DNA of 64,000 bases, from the NCBI GenBank assembly GCA_963750945.1, contig CAVVSH010000015.1, positions 357,296-421,295 on the forward strand. Direction: 5' to 3'. The stretch is from an uncultured Actinomycetota bacterium. Its GTDB lineage: Bacteria; Actinomycetota; UBA4738; HRBIN12. Made by a program: the position numbers and the translations under genes. This document shows, piece by piece, positions 47,909 through 57,596 of the stretch (position 1 is its first letter; every line of letters starts with the position of its first letter). The notes beneath the pieces were generated by a model that was given only the letters and a program-made list of their open reading frames with translations, made no database searches and was not told the DNA's origin.

Positions 47909-48673
47909 GTGGCGATCGACCCCGTCCTGAAGGAGCTGGCCGCGCGCGCGCCACGCGTCGGCGTCTTCCTCGACCTCGACGGGACTCTCGCGCCGATCGT
48001 CGCTCGGCCGGAGCTGACGCGGATCCTCCCGGAGATCCTGCCGATGTTGTCGAGGCTCGCGAAGAGGCTCGACGTGGTCGCGGTGGTCTCGGGACGGCCG
48101 TCCTCGCAGGTTCGCGAGCTGCTCGATGTGCACGATGTGGTCGTCGTGGGGACCCATGGGTTGGAGGGCGAACCGGCGATGCCGACCGAGGTGCTCGCAG
48201 AGATCGAGGCGGCGGCGGCGGCCGTCGGGGCGTGGGTGGAGCCGAAGGGCGCCGCCGCCGCCGTCCACTTCCGAGGGCTGGAGGACCCGGAAGCTGCGGA
48301 GGCGGCGTCCGCAGCAGCGCTCGCGGCCATCGCCGCCGCTCACGGTCTGGAGATCCTGCCCGGCAAGCGCATCCTCGAGCTGACGCCCGCGGGTCGTCCG
48401 CGCAAGGGTGGCGCGCTCGAGCGGATCGCGCGTGAGCGGGCTCTGCAGGGGATCGTGTTCGCCGGCGACGACGTGGGCGACCTGGACGCGTTCGCGGCGC
48501 TCGGCCGGCTCCGGGCGAGCGGGCTGTGGACCTGCGGCGTGGTCGCGCGAGGCCGAGAGACGCCGCCCGAGGTAGAGGCCGCCGCAGATCTGGTCGTCGA
48601 CGGGCCTCTCGGCGTCGCGGCGCTGCTCGGCTCGATCGCCGACGAGCTCGACCGCGAAGCGCCTCGACCCTAA
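47909..48673 (+). CDS. otsB: Trehalose-6-phosphate phosphatase
   Basis: VFLDLDGTLAPI, VVSGR, VGTHGLE, EPKG...HFR, PGKRILE, KGGAL, AGDDVGD. Start GTG 47909 lies 7 nt after TAGGAT. Confidence 0.92.
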   Translation: MAIDPVLKELAARAPRVGVFLDLDGTLAPIVARPELTRILPEILPMLSRLAKRLDVVAVVSGRPSSQVRELLDVHDVVVVGTHGLEGEPAMPTEVLAEIEAAAAAVGAWVEPKGAAAAVHFRGLEDPEAAEAASAAALAAIAAAHGLEILPGKRILELTPAGRPRKGGALERIARERALQGIVFAGDDVGDLDAFAALGRLRASGLWTCGVVARGRETPPEVEAAADLVVDGPLGVAALLGSIADELDREAPRP

Positions 48674-50130
48674 GGAGCCGGCGCTCGTACCTCGTCGATC
48701 GCTCTGAGCTGTCCGGCGAGCCACGTGGCCGGCGTGTGGGCCAGCGCCGAACGCTGGAGCCCTCGAGCCCGGCGGGTGCGCTCCTCCTCCGGCATCACCA
48801 GCGACTCGTGGATCGCCTCGGCCGTCTCCGAGAGGTCGAAGGGATTGATCGCGAGGGCGTGGCGTCCCAGGCGACCGAAGGCGCCGGCGTTGCGAGACAA
48901 GATCAACGAGCCGCCGCGCGAGTTCAGCACCGGTCCCTCCATCGCCACCAGGTTCATGCCGTCGTGGACCGGGTTCACCAGCATCGCGTCGTACTGGTCG
49001 TACGCGGCGACGGCGTAGGTGAAGTTCTCCTGCACCTTCACGACGATCGGGTTCCAGTCCTCCTTCCCGAACGCCGCGTTGATCCGATCCGCCGTGGCCC
49101 GGCAGTCGGCCCCGTAGTCGCGGTACGCGGGCACCTCCTCGCGGGAAGGGCTCAGCAGTGCCAGGAAGACGACACGGCCTCGCCATTCCGGGTGCTTCTG
49201 CAAGAGCAGCTCGAACGCGAGGAACCCGCGCAGGATGTTCTTGGACGGCTCGAGCCGATCGACGCGAAGGAGGAGCTTCCGGTCGCCGCGGATCTTCTCG
49301 ACCTGTGTGCGGGCTCGTTTCGCACGGTCGCTCGCCGCGGCTTCTCGGATCTCCTGCGAGCCGACGGCGACCGGGAACGACCTGACCTGGACCTCGCGAC
49401 CGTCGACCTCTGCGCGATGCGCCCGGATGTCGACGTGCACGTCCTCGAGTTCCCGGACGGAGAGCAGGAAGTTCTCACCCCACTGCCGTCCCTGGAAGCC
49501 GACGACATCGGCGCCGAGCATGCCGCGAAGGATGGACCGGCGCATGTCGTCGGGCAGGGTCCGGAGGTAGGTGCGTCCTGCGAACGGCGTGTGGGAGAAG
49601 TGGAGGATCCGCGCCTCGGGAACGAGCTCTCGCAGCATTCGGGGGACGAGGGTGAGGTGGTAGTCCTGGATCAGGAAGACGGGGTCGTGCTTCGCCTCCA
49701 CCGCAAGCGCCCGGGCGAACGCGCGGTTCGCCTCGACGTAGTCGGCCCACTCGTGCTCGGTTTGCTCTCCGAAGGTGGGGGTACGCGCGATGTCCCAGAG
49801 GTAGTGGTGCACGAACCACAGGACGCCGTTGGCGATGCCGTTGTAGTAGCCGTCGTACACCTGCTCGGGGATGTCGACGTAGCGAACGCGCTGGGCCGCT
49901 CCCTCGACCCTGCGACCCCGCGGCGCGATCTCACGGTCACCTTCCGTGACGGCCGCGGCCACCCACGTCGCGTCGTCCCGTTCCAGCACCCCACCGAGCA
50001 CCGTGACGAGACCGCCCGATCCTCGATGCGGAACGAGCTTGCCGTCCTCGTCACGCTCGAAGCTCACGGGCCCTCGGTTCGAGGCCACGACCAGCGAGGA
50101 TTCCATCGCAGAGTGCGGTGTGGACGCCAT
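48670..50130 (-). CDS. otsA: Trehalose-6-phosphate synthase
   Basis: VASNRGP, GSGGLV, IQDYHL, HFSHTPF, RVDRLEPSKNILRG, DGMNLVAMEG, LSRNAGA, INPFD. Confidence 0.95.
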   Translation of the reverse strand: MASTPHSAMESSLVVASNRGPVSFERDEDGKLVPHRGSGGLVTVLGGVLERDDATWVAAAVTEGDREIAPRGRRVEGAAQRVRYVDIPEQVYDGYYNGIANGVLWFVHHYLWDIARTPTFGEQTEHEWADYVEANRAFARALAVEAKHDPVFLIQDYHLTLVPRMLRELVPEARILHFSHTPFAGRTYLRTLPDDMRRSILRGMLGADVVGFQGRQWGENFLLSVRELEDVHVDIRAHRAEVDGREVQVRSFPVAVGSQEIREAAASDRAKRARTQVEKIRGDRKLLLRVDRLEPSKNILRGFLAFELLLQKHPEWRGRVVFLALLSPSREEVPAYRDYGADCRATADRINAAFGKEDWNPIVVKVQENFTYAVAAYDQYDAMLVNPVHDGMNLVAMEGPVLNSRGGSLILSRNAGAFGRLGRHALAINPFDLSETAEAIHESLVMPEEERTRRARGLQRSALAHTPATWLAGQLRAIDEVRAPAP

Positions 50131-50192
50131 GCAGCTCGATTCTCCCAGGCCGGGGCGATGGGTCGCGCCGAAGGTCAACGTCGCCCGGACAA

Positions 50193-50233
50193 GAGAGGCC
50201 TGGGCGGGGGGTGCGACCCAGCCCAGGCCTCTC
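50193..50233 (-). promoter_or_regulatory. Strong hairpin in the long region upstream of otsA
   Basis: 13-bp perfect stem GAGAGGCCTGGGC/GCCCAGGCCTCTC with an inner GGG/CCC extension. Confidence 0.45.
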
Positions 50234-50426
50234 GGGCTGCTTGGTATGTGAGGTCCGCGCGGTGGCGCGCCGACCTGTTCCTCGGCGGATCGGGGGACCT
50301 CCACCTCGGGAGCCGGGATCCCGGCACCTCTCCGAAGATCACTGCCAACCCTCCGATCGAAGTTCTACGCGAGCCGGATGACGAGGGAGAGGCCGTCGAA
50401 CGAACGTTTGGGGGGTCTTGCGAGGA

Positions 50427-52127
50427 TCAGCCGTGCCCGGCCGCCTTCGCGCGTCTGACGAGTTTCCGCACGTCGGAGGGCCCCAGGAGCCGAGCCCCTT
50501 TCGTGCGCAGCCATCGGAAGGCCTGCTCCCGCTGGGCGAGCGCCGTGATCCCCACGACGTCGCCGGGAGCGGATGCCTTGAGCATCCCTCTCAGTGCTCG
50601 CATCTCGTCCGGATACACCTCCACGTCGTGCTTGCCCGCGCGGGCCGCTCCTCGGCGGAGCTGCGCGATCACGTCCTCCCTCGGACGACCGCGCAGGTAC
50701 TTCAGCAGCTCCGCGATCACGAGATGGTCGGCGCCGAGCGCCGCGCGCACCGCGAAGCCCTGCAGGATGTCGTCGGTCCGGTCCCCGGCCGTCCCGATCG
50801 CCAACCAGATCTCCCGGCCCGACGGTCTGAGCCCCTGGAGGATCTCCACCAGACCGTCCATGCCGGCCTCGTTGTGGGCGTAGTCGAGCACCAGAAGCCG
50901 GTCGTCGAGGGAGAAGAGGTTGGTCCGCCCCGGGTTCTTCTTCGGATCGAGGACGAAGCTCCGCAGACCCTTCGCCACGGTCCTCGACGAGAATCCCACC
51001 GCGAGCGCGGCGGCGGCCGCCGCGAGCGCGTTCTGTGTGTACATGCGAGAGAGGCCCGCGAGCGTGACCGGCACCTGGTCGAGGTCGATGAGCGGGTGCA
51101 CCGCGGGCCCGTCCATCCACGCGATCGTCCCGTCCAGGACGGTGATCGCACGACCGCCGTCGGCGAGGGCTTCGCGGAGCGCGGGGTGGCGGGGATCCAG
51201 CGAGAAGAGCCAGATCCGAGCCGAGGCAGCGCGGCGCATCGCAAGCACGCGAGGATCGTCCGCGTTCAGCACCACCCAGCCGTCCGGACGCGTGATGCGG
51301 GTCACCGTGGCCTTGACCTCTGCCAGCTGATCGACCGTCGAGATCCCTTGGAGATCGAGATGATCGGCGGACACGTTCGTGACGACCGCGACGTCGTTGT
51401 GCATCACGCCGATCCCTCGGAGGAGGATCCCGCCTCGAGCGGTTTCCAACACGGCGACGTCGGGATGCTGATCGAGGGCGATACCGGCTCCCGCGAAGCC
51501 CGAGTAGTCCCCCTCCTGAACGAGCCGGTCGTTGCGGTAGACGCCGTCGGTGGAAGAGAACGCGACCCGCTTGCCGGCCGTCATCACGATGTGGGCGAGG
51601 AGCCGCGTCGTGGTGGTCTTCCCGTTCGTGCCGCTGACCTGGATCACGGGGACGTCGGGATCCGGCACGGTGGGTTCGGGTCCGGGGTCGGCGGCAGCCA
51701 CCTCGCGAGCGAGCTCCGCGATCACCCGCTCGGGCGAGCGCCGGAGGACGAGCGCCATCGCGCTCGCGACCGCACCGGCCAGCGCCTCCGCCGATCCCCG
51801 CCGGCGCCACGGGAAGACGACGATCACGTGTCCGAACTCGGGCCCCGTCCGTCCGCGGACCCCGAGCCATCCGGTGCCGGCGGCGGCGGCGATCCGCCTC
51901 GTGAGCTGGACCGCGACGCGCGCGGTGGCTCGCACGCGCTGTTCGCTTCCGCGGGCGCCCGGTTCGATCGTGCGGATCCCCGCGGCCTGCGCGATCGCGA
52001 CCACCTTCTCGTCGCCGACGCGGAGCCAACCGGCGACGTCCAGCGTGAGCTTGACGGCCGGTCGAGGGAAATACAGGTTCGGGCCTTCGAGCACGCGCAG
52101 CTCGATGGTCCGAACGGGCTCCGACAC
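50427..52127 (-). CDS. CphA paralogue: degenerate N domain fused directly to Mur-ligase domain, no ATP-grasp
   Basis: ELRVLEGPNLY (compare CphA RGPNYW), then VSGTNGKTTTTRLLAHI, STDGVY, ETARGGILLRG, NVSADHL, LNADDP, PGRTN, DYAHN, GDR; 566 aa. Confidence 0.88.
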   Translation of the reverse strand: MSEPVRTIELRVLEGPNLYFPRPAVKLTLDVAGWLRVGDEKVVAIAQAAGIRTIEPGARGSEQRVRATARVAVQLTRRIAAAAGTGWLGVRGRTGPEFGHVIVVFPWRRRGSAEALAGAVASAMALVLRRSPERVIAELAREVAAADPGPEPTVPDPDVPVIQVSGTNGKTTTTRLLAHIVMTAGKRVAFSSTDGVYRNDRLVQEGDYSGFAGAGIALDQHPDVAVLETARGGILLRGIGVMHNDVAVVTNVSADHLDLQGISTVDQLAEVKATVTRITRPDGWVVLNADDPRVLAMRRAASARIWLFSLDPRHPALREALADGGRAITVLDGTIAWMDGPAVHPLIDLDQVPVTLAGLSRMYTQNALAAAAAALAVGFSSRTVAKGLRSFVLDPKKNPGRTNLFSLDDRLLVLDYAHNEAGMDGLVEILQGLRPSGREIWLAIGTAGDRTDDILQGFAVRAALGADHLVIAELLKYLRGRPREDVIAQLRRGAARAGKHDVEVYPDEMRALRGMLKASAPGDVVGITALAQREQAFRWLRTKGARLLGPSDVRKLVRRAKAAGHG

Positions 52128-52131
52128 GCGT

Positions 52132-52425
52132 CTACCCGCCGTCGGGACCGGAGGCGGCGTCGATCTCTGCGGCAGCCGCGACGTCCTTGTCGGTCACACC
52201 GCCGGCGTCGTGCGTCGAGAGCGAGATCCGGACGTGGTTGTAGCGGATCTCGATGTCCGGATGGTGACGGGCCGCATCGGCCTTCTCCGCCACTCGGTTC
52301 ACGAACGCGATCGCCGCGCGGAAGCCGGGGAACGCGAAGTCCTTGACGATCGCGTCCCCCTGCGAGGTCCATCCCTCCGAGTTCGAGAGGAAGCCCTCGA
52401 GCTCCTCATCCGTGAGCTTCGCCAC
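52132..52425 (-). CDS. phhB: Pterin-4-alpha-carbinolamine dehydratase
   Basis: FVNRVAEKADAARHHPDIEIRYNHVRISLSTHDAGGVTDKD. Confidence 0.95.
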   Translation of the reverse strand: MAKLTDEELEGFLSNSEGWTSQGDAIVKDFAFPGFRAAIAFVNRVAEKADAARHHPDIEIRYNHVRISLSTHDAGGVTDKDVAAAAEIDAASGPDGG

Positions 52426-52440
52426 GCGGCGCAGCGTACG

Positions 52441-53715
52441 TCAGGTGGGTTGGGCGGCGCGAGCCCGGCGGAGCTCCGGGTAGGCGAGGGCCACGAGTCC
52501 CGCGCCGATCACACAGGCGATCCCGCCGGAGACCACGCTGAACGTGGGCGAGACGAGGCGAGCGACCACGCCGGCCTCGACATCACCGAGTCGTGGTCCG
52601 CCCGTCACGACCAGGATGTGGATCCCGAAAAGCCGCCCCCGGAGGCGATCGGGTGCCGAGGTCTGCATGATCGTCACCCGGAAGATGGCGCTGATGACGT
52701 CGGCCCAACCCGCGACGGCGAGCATCGCGAGGCCGAACCACAGCGTTCCGGCCCACCCGAACGCCGCGATCGCCACGCCCCAACCCGCGACGGAGAGGAG
52801 GACCGCGAGCCCTTGCCGGCGGACCCGACCCGTCCAGCCGCTCGTGAGTGCCCCCAGAAGCGCGCCCACCGCCGGGGCTGCGAACAGGAGGCCGATAGCC
52901 TCCCGCGTCCGGTCGAACTGCTCCACGATGAGGAAGGGGAAGAGCGCCCGGGGAAGCCCGAAGACCATGGCGATCAGGTCGATGACGAAGGTCGACATGA
53001 TGAGGCGATTCCTTCGTGCGAACGAGAACCCCTCGCGGATCGCCGACATCCCGGTGTCGCGGTGATCGCCCGCCAGCGGCGGCATCGGATGCAACAGGGC
53101 GGCCGCCACGAACATGCACCCGACTGACGCCAGGTCGACCGCGTAGGCGACCGTGACTCCCCATCGGGCGACGACCAGCCCCGCCGCCGCAGGTCCTAAC
53201 ATCGCCGAGGTGTTCCAGACCACCTGATTCAGTGCCTGCGCGGCCGGCATCAGAGGCGCGCCGAGGAGTCGCGCGGTCATCGCGGACCGGGTGGGTCCAT
53301 CGATCGCGCTGGCCGCGGCGAGGACCGCGAGTCCCGTGTAGATCGACCAGAGGGGCGGCTCGCCCGCGAGAGCGCCCCCGAGCAAGATCATCGAGCCGGC
53401 GGCGAGACCCACCTGCGCGACCATCAAGAGCTGTCGACGATCCCAGGCATCCAGGACCGCGCCGCCGGCGAGGGTGCCGACCACCAACCCGACGACGTAC
53501 GCGAGCCCCGTCGCCCCCACCGCCGCCGCCGAGCCGGTCAGCTCCTTGACCTGCACGAACACGGCGACCAACGTGAACTGGCTTCCCGCGGACGTGATCA
53601 GGAGCCCGAACCAGACCAGACGGAAGTCTCGGGACACCCGCAGGGGCGTGAGGTCGATCGTGAGGCGGCGGCGCGCCTTCGCCTTTCGCTCCGGCTGGTC
53701 CGACCCCTCGCTCAC
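52441..53715 (-). CDS. MFS transporter (EntS/H+ antiporter-like)
   Basis: IDLTPLRVSRDFR, DAWDRRQ, about 12 TM segments, PDRLRGR, VTGGPRLGD. Confidence 0.9.
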   Translation of the reverse strand: MSEGSDQPERKAKARRRLTIDLTPLRVSRDFRLVWFGLLITSAGSQFTLVAVFVQVKELTGSAAAVGATGLAYVVGLVVGTLAGGAVLDAWDRRQLLMVAQVGLAAGSMILLGGALAGEPPLWSIYTGLAVLAAASAIDGPTRSAMTARLLGAPLMPAAQALNQVVWNTSAMLGPAAAGLVVARWGVTVAYAVDLASVGCMFVAAALLHPMPPLAGDHRDTGMSAIREGFSFARRNRLIMSTFVIDLIAMVFGLPRALFPFLIVEQFDRTREAIGLLFAAPAVGALLGALTSGWTGRVRRQGLAVLLSVAGWGVAIAAFGWAGTLWFGLAMLAVAGWADVISAIFRVTIMQTSAPDRLRGRLFGIHILVVTGGPRLGDVEAGVVARLVSPTFSVVSGGIACVIGAGLVALAYPELRRARAAQPT

Positions 53716-53816
53716 GGCCACGAAGGTAGCAACCGCATGCCGCGCCGTGCGTCGCCGCCCCGCTTCTAGCCAGCCCGAGGACGAGGGGATATCCTCAGCG
53801 CAGGGAGGTGATCCCG

Positions 53817-54101
53817 GTGCCCAAGTACCTCATCGATCGGAACTTCTCCAAGATCACAGAAGACGAGCTCGGAGAGTTCGCGAAGAACTCGAAGCGCATG
53901 GCGATCGAACGTTTCCACGACGTCGTGTGGCATCACAGTCATGTCGTGATCGACCCCGACGGCGTCGTGCACACGTTCTGCATCTACAGCGCTCCGGACG
54001 AGGCCCGCCTCCGCGCACACGCGGCGGCGTTCGGTGGGCACCAGATCGACAGCATCGCGATCATCGCCGGCGACGTGGATCCCGACGAGATCGCCGTCTA
54101 G
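53817..54101 (+). CDS. DUF4242 / SCO4226-like small putative metal-binding protein
   Basis: MPKYLIDR...WHHSHV...HTFCIYSAPDEARLRAHA; SD GGAGGTG. Confidence 0.8.
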   Translation: MPKYLIDRNFSKITEDELGEFAKNSKRMAIERFHDVVWHHSHVVIDPDGVVHTFCIYSAPDEARLRAHAAAFGGHQIDSIAIIAGDVDPDEIAV

Positions 54102-56191
54102 GGCTGCTCGGCGTCTCGCTCCCAGCGGAGGCGTCCCACATCGACGACCGCGTGCGACAGCCTCGTGTACGAGATCAGCCGTCGCACGGTGACGTCTTGC
54201 CGACGCGGGTCGTCCTCGGCCAACAGCCCGAGCGCGGCGCTGTAGAGCTCGACCGCGTGGTGGAAGGCGAGTTGCTCGTCCGCGAGCTCGGCGGCCGTGA
54301 TCAGATATGGGAGGGATCGCTCCGACTCTCCCGCCTCCCGCCAGTGATGGGCGAGGACCCAGGCGAGGTTCCGGGATCGATCGCCGGCCACGTCCTCGAT
54401 GTACCGGGCGACGGCGGCGTGTCGCTGTTTGCGATCCGCGCGCGCGAGGGTCGCGTAGGCCACCTCTCGGATCAAGATGTGCTTGAAGGAGAACTCCGCG
54501 TCGCCCTGCACCTGGCTCGACGGTTCTCGTCTGATGAGGTCTCTCGACTCGAGGGCGTCGATCGCCTCGTCGACGCCCTCGAGATCCTCGAACGAGCGAA
54601 GCACGCCACGCCAGAAGTGCTTGCCGACGACGGACGCCGCCAGGATGGCGGCACGGGGCTCCGCGGGAAGGGCGTCGATGCGTGAGGCGATCGCGGCTCG
54701 GACGGTCGTCGGCAGCTCGTCGGACGGGCCTCGATCCATAAGGGACGCCGCCAGCTCCTCGATGAACAGCGGGTTCCCCTCGGCGATCTCCACCATCCGC
54801 TCGACCGACGACAGATCTCCCTGTCCCGACAGGAGGTAGCTGGCGATCGACGCCGAGTCGACGGGGGACAGCGCTTCGAGCGGGATCGTCGTGTGACCGA
54901 GGACACCGCTTCCCCATCCGGGCCGCACCTCGAGCAACTCGGAGCGCGCTAGCGCCAGGAACACCGCGGGCGCATCCCGGACGTGAGATGCGAGGTACTC
55001 GAGCAGGTCGAGCTGGGCGGGGTCGGCCCAGTGGATGTCTTCGAAGACGAAGACGGTGGGCTGTTGGCGGGCGACCTGCTCGGCGAATCGGCGAGCCGCG
55101 AAGTGCAGCTGGACGGGTTCTTCGGCCACGTCCTGCCCGGAGCCCGATCCGATCAGCGCCGCGAGGAGCCGCGCCGTCTCGTCCGCCTCCTCCTCCGACC
55201 CCATCAGCTCGTGAACCGTGGCCTTCAGCTTCTGCGAGGCATCCGATGCGGCGTCCGTCTCGAAGATGCCGGCCACCTGGCGTACCTGCTCGGAGAACGC
55301 TCGGTAGCCGGTCTGGCCGTATGGAAGACAGCGTCCCTTGACCGCTCGCGCCCCGGTTGCCTCCGCCCGCGAAAGGATCTCGGACGCGATCCGGGACTTG
55401 CCGATCCCGGTCGGCCCCACCACCGTGATGAGGTGGGGCCGGAGCTCCGCGGCCGCGCGCTCCCAGATGGAGTCGACCAGGCTGAGCTCCCGCGATCGGC
55501 CGACGAGCGGGGCGGTCGTCGCCGGCCGCTCGGCCGGCGCTCCGATCGGTGCCAGCGCGAGCCATGCCTCGACCCGATCGCGCTTTCCCTTGGCGTCGAT
55601 CGGCTCCAGCTCCTGATAGCGGATCATGTTGCGCGTGGCGCGATAGGTCTCCTCACCGACCACGAGACCTCCCACGGGGGCCGAGGTCTGGAGTCGTGAA
55701 GCGGTGTTCACCACGTCGCCCAATGCGAGCGCCTCGCCCGACTCGGGGCGAGATCCCATCGCGACGACCGCCTCGCCGGTGTTCACCGCCGCCCTGACCT
55801 GGAGCGGGCTCCCCTGCCGTCCCCGATTCAGGTCCTCCATCGCGTGCACGACCCGCAGGCCGGCCCGAACCGCGCGCTCCGCATCGTCCCCGTGGGCCAC
55901 CGGCGCGCCGAAGACCGCCATGACGGCGTCGCCGATGAACTTCTCGACGGTTCCCCCGAACCTCTCGATCTCCTGTTTCGCGCGAGCATGGAAGCCCTGC
56001 AAGGTATCCCGAACGTCCTCAGGATCGGCTTTGTCCGAACGCGACGTGAAGCCCACCATGTCCACGAAGAGCACCGAGATGAGCTTCCGTTCCTCCCTGA
56101 CGCGTTCCGGCGCGAGAAGCTGCGCCCCGCAGGTCGGGCAGAACGCGGCGTCGGGGGGCGGCTCTCGCCCGCAATTCGGGCACGCTGGCAT
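54098..56191 (-). CDS. Class III adenylate/guanylate cyclase with double zinc ribbon and AAA/STAND ATPase
   Basis: CPNCG...FCPTCG; EERKLISVLFVDMVGFT; EKFIGDAVMAVFG; GDVVNTASRLQ; Walker A GPTGIGKS; EGNPLFIEE. Confidence 0.92.
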   Translation of the reverse strand: MPACPNCGREPPPDAAFCPTCGAQLLAPERVREERKLISVLFVDMVGFTSRSDKADPEDVRDTLQGFHARAKQEIERFGGTVEKFIGDAVMAVFGAPVAHGDDAERAVRAGLRVVHAMEDLNRGRQGSPLQVRAAVNTGEAVVAMGSRPESGEALALGDVVNTASRLQTSAPVGGLVVGEETYRATRNMIRYQELEPIDAKGKRDRVEAWLALAPIGAPAERPATTAPLVGRSRELSLVDSIWERAAAELRPHLITVVGPTGIGKSRIASEILSRAEATGARAVKGRCLPYGQTGYRAFSEQVRQVAGIFETDAASDASQKLKATVHELMGSEEEADETARLLAALIGSGSGQDVAEEPVQLHFAARRFAEQVARQQPTVFVFEDIHWADPAQLDLLEYLASHVRDAPAVFLALARSELLEVRPGWGSGVLGHTTIPLEALSPVDSASIASYLLSGQGDLSSVERMVEIAEGNPLFIEELAASLMDRGPSDELPTTVRAAIASRIDALPAEPRAAILAASVVGKHFWRGVLRSFEDLEGVDEAIDALESRDLIRREPSSQVQGDAEFSFKHILIREVAYATLARADRKQRHAAVARYIEDVAGDRSRNLAWVLAHHWREAGESERSLPYLITAAELADEQLAFHHAVELYSAALGLLAEDDPRRQDVTVRRLISYTRLSHAVVDVGRLRWERDAEQP

Positions 56192-56248
56192 GGAGCGAAT
56201 CTTAGGTCCGGCGGAGCCGGAGGCGGGAGAAGCAGCTTCGGACCGGTC

Positions 56249-57596
56249 TCAGCCGGTCGTGGCGGCGAAGGCTTCCTCGAGCAGGTCGAGGCCTTCATCG
56301 AGGAGACCGTCGTCGATCGTGATGGGCGGAAGGAGCCGGACGACGTTCCCGTAGGTGCCCGCCGTCAGCACGATCACACCTCGCTCCAGGGCGGACCGGG
56401 CCAGCGCGCTCATCGTCGCCGCGTCGAGCGGCTCCTTGGTGTCGCGGTCGGCGACGAGCTCCATCGCGCGCATCGCCCCGCGACCCCGCACGTCGCCGAC
56501 CGCGCCGAACCGCTTCTCGAAGGAGTCCAGTCGCGCTCCGATCGTTTCGCCGACGGCTCGTGAGCGCTCGAGGAGTCCCTCCGTCTCGATCTTGTCGAGC
56601 ACGGCGAGCGCCGCAGCCGCCGCGACCGGGTTCCCACCGTAGGTGCCGCCGAGCCCGCCGACATGGACGCTGTCCATGAGCTCGGCACGGCCGGTGATCG
56701 CGGAGATCGGCAGGCCGCCCCCCAACGACTTCGCGCTGAGGACGATGTCCGGGACGACGTCCTCGTCCTCGATCGCGAACCACCGGCCGGCGCGGCCCAT
56801 CCCCGACTGGATCTCGTCGGCGATGAAGACGATGCCGTTCGCGGCCGCGAACTCGGCGAGACCGGCGATGAAACCGGGCGCCGGCACGATGAACCCGCCC
56901 TCACCCTGGATCGGCTCGATCAAGATCGCGGCGATGTTCTCCTCGCCGATGTGCTTGTGCATCTCGTCGAGCGCGTAGGCGAGGCAGGACTCGGCGCACG
57001 TCTCTTCGGTCCCGCCGGTCGGACAGCGATACGGATACGCGAGCGGCAGGCGGTAGATCTCGGGAGCGAACGGCCCCATGCCCTGCTTGTAGGGCATCAC
57101 CTTGGCCGTGAGCGACATCGCCATCAGTGTCCGTCCGTGGAACGCGTGATCGAACACGACGATCCCCGATCGACCCGTGTGCTTCCGCGCGATCTTCACC
57201 GCGTTCTCGACGGCCTCCGCGCCTGAGTTCGCGAACATCGTCTTCTTCTCGTGATCACCGGGCGTGAGCCGGTTCAAGCGCTCGGCGAGCTCGATGTAGG
57301 GCTCGTTCGCGGTCACGTGGAAGCACGTGTGGGTGTCGAGCTCGAGCTGCCGTTGCGCCGCGGCCACGACCTCCGGCGCGGAGTGCCCGATGTTCAGGAC
57401 CGAGATGCCGGTGGCGAAGTCGATCAGCCGGTTCCCGTCGACGTCCTCGACGATCGCGCCCGCCGCGCGGGCGGTCACGATCGGGTGGAGGTTCGCGACG
57501 CCGCGGGGGACCGCGGCGTCGCGCCGCTGCGAACCACTCGCGTGACCGTGGCCCCGGGATCTCGGTGACGAGCTTCCGCTCCTGCGGGATGTCCAT
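56249..57596 (-). CDS. gabT: 4-aminobutyrate aminotransferase, with an apparent +1 frameshift near 57528
   Basis: The N-terminus MDIPQERKLVTEIPGPRSREWF (ATG 57596, SD GGAGG) is in a different frame from RRDAAVPRGV...NSGAEAVENA...FHGRT...EPIQGEGG...DEIQSG...AKSLGGG. Confidence 0.88.

Noticed and set aside
15764-50883. Many long Arg/Pro/Gly-rich ORFs (e.g. 15764-17983, 18282-20216, 30867-33038, 44531-47191, 48526-50883)
   Set aside because: Antisense or off-frame shadows of real genes, expected from high GC3 codon bias; they have no family motifs.
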